Program-made: the position numbers and the translations under genes | Shown here: one piece after another, positions 59,447 through 64,000 of the stretch | How positions within the stretch are numbered: the stretch's first letter is position 1 | How the letters are laid out: every line of letters starts with the position of its first letter | The notes under the pieces: model-generated | Seen by the model: only the letters and a program-made list of their open reading frames with translations | Databases searched by the model: none | What the model was told of the DNA's origin: nothing | NCBI GenBank assembly: GCA_001661245.1 | Contig: KV454014.1 | Location: forward strand, 960,892 to 1,024,891 | Length of the DNA: 64,000 nucleotides | Direction of reading: 5' to 3' | Source of the DNA: Pachysolen tannophilus NRRL Y-2460 | Lineage: Eukaryota

Positions 59447-60958
59447 ATGAACATGAATAATGTCCCTCCACAGTATTTACAGCAGCAACAGAATAATAAT
59501 GCAAATACGCCGATAAATTTACCTCATGAATTATTACAACAGAATATTGCACAATTGAGATTGAACAATCAGACAAATATGAACCAACCTCAACAACTGC
59601 CTCAGCAGGGCCAACAGCAGCAGCCAGGTCTTTTGATGTCGCCTCAAATTCAAAATAGGACTTTGCAGCAGCAACAGCAGCAGCTTTTGCTTCAACAACA
59701 ACAGGCACAATTACAAGCACAGTTACAGCAACAATTACATTTACAACAACAATTACAGCAGCAGCAGCAGCAACAACAACAAGTGCAACAACAACAACAT
59801 CAGCAGCAGCAACAGCTGCAACAAGTGCTGCTGCAACAAGTGCAGCAACTGCAGCAGACGGCACAGTTGCAACAGATTCAACAGCCAGCTGTAAGAGATG
59901 TTTGGAAGCATAATTTACAACAGGAGATGGCATTGATTAGAGAATTGGTTGAAAAATATAACTATGTTTCAATAAGTACAGAGTTTCCTGGGATTGTAGC
60001 GAGACCAATTGGTACATTCAGATCATTAAAAGATTTCCATTATCAGACCATGAGAGCTAATACCGATATTTTAAATTTGATTCAAATTGGTTTGACATTA
60101 ACTGATAAAAATGGTGACAGACCTAAGAATGGAATTCCATCGACTTGGCAATTTAATTTTAAATTTGATTTAGATAAAGAAATGTTTTCATCTGAATCAA
60201 TTGACAATTTGTTAAAGACAGGAATTAATTTTTCAAGACATAAAGAATTGGGTATCGACCCATTTGAATTTTCCCAATTATTGCATGACTCTGGTTTATT
60301 GTTGTTGGATAACGTATCCTGGTTAAGTTATCATACTGGTTACGACTTGGGATTTTTAATCAGCTTATTAATTAATAGGGAGATGCCTGTTGATGAAAAA
60401 GAATTTCAAGAATGGTTGAATTTGTATTTTCCAAACATGTATGATATCAAATATATTTCCAAGGTATTATTTAAAAATCAGGCAAATTCTTCTTCCTCAA
60501 AATCTTTAGAAAGTCTTTCAGAGGAATTAGGAATAGTCAGGAACGTTAATTTGTTAAATAATCCATTTTTCATACAAGTTGGCGGTCAATCTTTATTAAC
60601 AAACTTGTGTTTTCAAGAGTTGAGACTGTTAATTAACTTACAATCGCAGCAGAATAATTCCAACCAGACAATGGAATCATTCAAAGGATGCCTCTGGGGA
60701 CTTGGTGATTCAAAAGATTCAGATAATGTCAGTGTTGTAGGAACAGTAAACAATAATAATACTAACATGCTCAACAATTTGCTATCAGCTCCACCGGGGA
60801 CCACCTTGTCGCTGTTGTCAAGTACAATCAATTCGGCCACAGCTTCAAGTACTGGAGCGGCTCCTAACTCTAAAGATTTGAACGATAATGGAAATAGTAG
60901 TACGGGTGGTATTTTGAGTCCTAGAATGGGCATGGTCTACTATCGAAGGGGAATGTGA
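59447..60958 (+). CDS. POP2: CCR4-NOT deadenylase subunit Pop2/Caf1 with poly-Q N-terminus
   Basis: VRDVW, ISTEFPGIVARPIG, YQTMRAN.D.L..IQIG, TWQFNF; adjacent to NOG2 as in S. cerevisiae; first ATG at 59447. Confidence 0.95.
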   Translation: MNMNNVPPQYLQQQQNNNANTPINLPHELLQQNIAQLRLNNQTNMNQPQQLPQQGQQQQPGLLMSPQIQNRTLQQQQQQLLLQQQQAQLQAQLQQQLHLQQQLQQQQQQQQQVQQQQHQQQQQLQQVLLQQVQQLQQTAQLQQIQQPAVRDVWKHNLQQEMALIRELVEKYNYVSISTEFPGIVARPIGTFRSLKDFHYQTMRANTDILNLIQIGLTLTDKNGDRPKNGIPSTWQFNFKFDLDKEMFSSESIDNLLKTGINFSRHKELGIDPFEFSQLLHDSGLLLLDNVSWLSYHTGYDLGFLISLLINREMPVDEKEFQEWLNLYFPNMYDIKYISKVLFKNQANSSSSKSLESLSEELGIVRNVNLLNNPFFIQVGGQSLLTNLCFQELRLLINLQSQQNNSNQTMESFKGCLWGLGDSKDSDNVSVVGTVNNNNTNMLNNLLSAPPGTTLSLLSSTINSATASSTGAAPNSKDLNDNGNSSTGGILSPRMGMVYYRRGM

Positions 60959-61231
60959 AGTTTAACTTCAGCTCTATTTTTTTTAACGAAACTCCTTTTT
61001 TTCTTTCAAATATGTTATGTATATAAAACAGTCTGTTTTATTTATATTTTAATTAGTATCTATATTTTTAACTCCACTATGTAAAATAATTTTATGTTGA
61101 AATCTTAAATTTAATGTTGAACTTCATATTCGCCAAACATATGTTTTAATAATACAATATACATGATTAATTCTGTCTATATACAAAATTTTATATGCTA
61201 AAAATAAATACAAATGAATTTTCTATATGTT

Positions 61232-64000
61232 TTAATAACTTTTTGACTTTAACAAAATATCACCACTAAGTAAATCTATATCTTCAATATAACAGTCTTC
61301 AACAACATCTCCAATTTTCAAAGTACTGAAGAAATTCAAATTTTCATTTTTCAAGCTTTCCAACTTACTAATAATCTTTTTATTAGAAAACTTAGCTGAA
61401 GATTTTAGTAAACAATTTATATTACCATAATCTACTAGTTTTGTGTTAGCTTCACCTGAGGTGGTAGGTTTTGAAGTAATTATTGCTCTTAGTAACGGAT
61501 TTTCGCTCTTGCTAGTCATGACATCTTTCAAATATTTAAAGATGTAAAAATTTTTAGATTTTCTCATTGTTCCATTGATTTTTAACTCTTTGGATTTTAA
61601 ACTGAGTAAGATATACGAAAGATTCTTCTCAGATAACAAACTGTTGACTTTGTTTTCTGAAGTATTAACAACTCCGGGTTCTTCTGCTAATTGATTTTTA
61701 AGGTAAGATTGTAATTGCCAATGAATGACTAGATCTGAAAACCTTCTTAAGGGGGAGGTCACTGTGACATAGCTGTCAACTCCAATGTACTCATGTCTAG
61801 ATGGTATAATTGAGTAGGAAGTACCGCTAAGAAAAGTACTAATTTTCTGAGTATCACTGATTGAATTTTGATCCAATGTTTTCATCTGAGCGTAAATTTC
61901 ATCTGAAATTGGCAACTGCTTCAATATTTTGTATATAGCTGGAATTTTCTCTTTCGAAAGAAATTTTGCAACCATAGAGTTGGTATTTATCATTATTTCA
62001 CTAACTAATAACTGAGATTTATTTTTTGTTTCATGTGATTCATCATTAGTGTTGTTAAATATTAATCTTAAATTTTCTTTTTCCTCATCTTTAATAACTT
62101 TCGTTAAAGAATTAGAGAATTTAAACTTAAAATCTATTTTCGAAGTCCTAACTTTATTTAAATTTTCAGATATCTCATACAACTTAAGTAAATCCTTCTT
62201 AATCCTAATTGGATCTATTCTATACCGTTCTGAAATATAACGCAAGACATTAGGATCATTATTTAATATCAAGTCAACTTCATCATAAGTTATTCCAACA
62301 AATTCATTAGCATAAGATGGGAATATATCAAAACTATCTGGTAAAACTTTACCATTTTCATAAATTACGCTATAACACATTGTCCGAGTCTTTTTATCTT
62401 TATCACCTGTTTTGTTTTTTAACTGAACTTTATCAACAAAAGACCTTGGTAACATTTCAATTGGTTTCGTTGCTGTATCAGGAAAATAAGATGTATAACC
62501 TCTTTCGAAAGCAATTTTTGCCAAAATATCATCTTTTGTTAAGAAAGATCCAGGATCTGCTATATGTGTATAGACCTTAAAAGATCCATTATCCAATTTC
62601 TTTAAAGCAATACCGTCATCAATTTCATGTGCACCTTTATCATCAATACAATAAATTACATGTTTATTGGTCAAATCAGAGTTAACGTCTACAGTTAAAT
62701 CTTGACGCAATTCTTTGACGTTATCAAAATCATTTGTCTCTGGAAGTCGTCCACTGAAATAATATTCGTCTAATTTATCATAATGCAATTGCTCAAAATC
62801 TGCCTTTTCACTGATTCCAGAATAAGGTTTCAACAAATCCATTGACCATTCAGAAGGGTCTTGTATCTTGGCACATTCATGTAATTTCAACAATAATTCG
62901 TACACGGTTGAAGTAGAAATGGTCTTGTCGTTGTATATGGGCAAGTTTCTCAAGATCTTCATTAGAAAGGACTCTGTAGTTGGATCTAAAGATGTAGAAG
63001 AAGAGCAATAAAGTTTCATCAAACTGATTATTTTATCATAATAAAATGGAGCATGACCAATTTGATCCACTTCTTGATTCGAAGGGTTCTGCAATTTTTT
63101 TATTAGATAATTGTTTAATTCTTGGAATAACCCTTCATTTTCTTTAAATGCATCAACAGTCAAATCTGTTTCCACCACTTTTGATAAGGGAAATATTGTT
63201 ATCGAAAGTGGGAAATAAGTCACTGGGTCAAAATTATTAACACCACCATATAACTTACTATTTTTTCTTAAAGATAAAATCAAAGAGTAAAAAGAGCTTA
63301 AATCATTTTCTTCAAAAAGATCCAATTCTCCAATAATTGATTTTCCAACTACCAACGTATTGTAGTTATTATCAGTACCAATTTCCTTAGATATATTGAC
63401 AGACAATTTTGTATAATATTGAATCAAATCTGCAGTATTATCAATCTTATTAACTTCTTTTTCAATTTTATTCAAGTCAATCAATTTAGTGGCATGAAAT
63501 AATTGGAAAATGTTTAAATGTATAGGAGATTCAGAAGATTGTAACAAGTTATGTAACAATTCCAATTTGGAATTAAATTCTGGTAGATATTCCCATGATT
63601 TACTCAATATATTGGATAAATGTCTTGCTAAAATCCTACTCGGTATTGAGGGTATTATAAAAGTTTCAAACTTGTTAATATTATCAACATTATTCACCAA
63701 TGCATGTTCAAAATAAGAATTTGTTGAAGAATTAATTAAAGAATCTTCAGCAGTAAACTTTGGTTTCCCAATTGGATTAATACCTCTTTCTGCTAAATTC
63801 AATGTTTTTTCATTTAAAATTATATTATTAAACCAATTATGTGGATATATGTTTGGAAATCTTAATTTAACTTTTAATCTTGAAGCAAAAATAATACCTC
63901 CATAACAATTAATAAAAGTATATCTTGGATCATCAAGTGAATTAGGTAATTCTGCTACAACAGCCAAATCTGCAGTTTCCAATGTAGTACTTAAATCAAC
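61232..64000 (-). CDS. DSS1: Mitochondrial degradosome RNase II-family exoribonuclease (5' end outside window)
   Basis: RNB motifs YCIDDKGAHEIDDG, HIADP, LLVSEIMI, YVTVTSPLRRFSDLVIHWQL; frame is open to the window edge. Confidence 0.88.
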   Translation of the reverse strand, partial: VDLSTTLETADLAVVAELPNSLDDPRYTFINCYGGIIFASRLKVKLRFPNIYPHNWFNNIILNEKTLNLAERGINPIGKPKFTAEDSLINSSTNSYFEHALVNNVDNINKFETFIIPSIPSRILARHLSNILSKSWEYLPEFNSKLELLHNLLQSSESPIHLNIFQLFHATKLIDLNKIEKEVNKIDNTADLIQYYTKLSVNISKEIGTDNNYNTLVVGKSIIGELDLFEENDLSSFYSLILSLRKNSKLYGGVNNFDPVTYFPLSITIFPLSKVVETDLTVDAFKENEGLFQELNNYLIKKLQNPSNQEVDQIGHAPFYYDKIISLMKLYCSSSTSLDPTTESFLMKILRNLPIYNDKTISTSTVYELLLKLHECAKIQDPSEWSMDLLKPYSGISEKADFEQLHYDKLDEYYFSGRLPETNDFDNVKELRQDLTVDVNSDLTNKHVIYCIDDKGAHEIDDGIALKKLDNGSFKVYTHIADPGSFLTKDDILAKIAFERGYTSYFPDTATKPIEMLPRSFVDKVQLKNKTGDKDKKTRTMCYSVIYENGKVLPDSFDIFPSYANEFVGITYDEVDLILNNDPNVLRYISERYRIDPIRIKKDLLKLYEISENLNKVRTSKIDFKFKFSNSLTKVIKDEEKENLRLIFNNTNDESHETKNKSQLLVSEIMINTNSMVAKFLSKEKIPAIYKILKQLPISDEIYAQMKTLDQNSISDTQKISTFLSGTSYSIIPSRHEYIGVDSYVTVTSPLRRFSDLVIHWQLQSYLKNQLAEEPGVVNTSENKVNSLLSEKNLSYILLSLKSKELKINGTMRKSKNFYIFKYLKDVMTSKSENPLLRAIITSKPTTSGEANTKLVDYGNINCLLKSSAKFSNKKIISKLESLKNENLNFFSTLKIGDVVEDCYIEDIDLLSGDILLKSKSY

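Noticed and set aside
59385..59933. 182-aa minus-strand Ala/Val ORF
   Set aside because: Antisense shadow of the POP2 poly-Q region.
59960..60600. Non-DEDD active site of Pop2 (ISTEF, GGQS)
   Set aside because: The same non-canonical residues are known in S. cerevisiae Pop2; not novel.

Overview
AT-rich budding-yeast (Saccharomycotina) chromosomal DNA with about 25 protein genes, one tRNA-Ile(AAU), one likely intronic H/ACA snoRNA and two N gaps. The main observation is that CTG codons do not behave like Leu. They fall at positions where homologues, as I recall them, have Ala, and they cluster in Ala/Gln/Gly-rich linkers. This points to the known CUG=Ala code (Pachysolen-type yeasts), so the supplied translations are probably wrong at every CTG; CUG=Ser is not fully excluded. 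Gene order matches several S. cerevisiae blocks: RAD53-PEP4-KIP2-(PQ-loop)-TGS1-AIM44, UBR1-QCR9, SWP1-IMP1(-LDO16-like) and NOG2-POP2. Four spliced genes are missed or truncated by the ORF track: RIB5, QCR9, NOG2 and a membrane-anchored degenerate RING protein. Two giant UBR E3 ligase paralogues sit head-to-head 248 bp apart. One is split by a 1-nt frameshift in an A9 run, probably a homopolymer error because a nearby false duplication shows the same error type, and it has an altered ClpS pocket. No transposon, CRISPR array or rRNA was seen. Homologue comparisons are from memory, not database searches.
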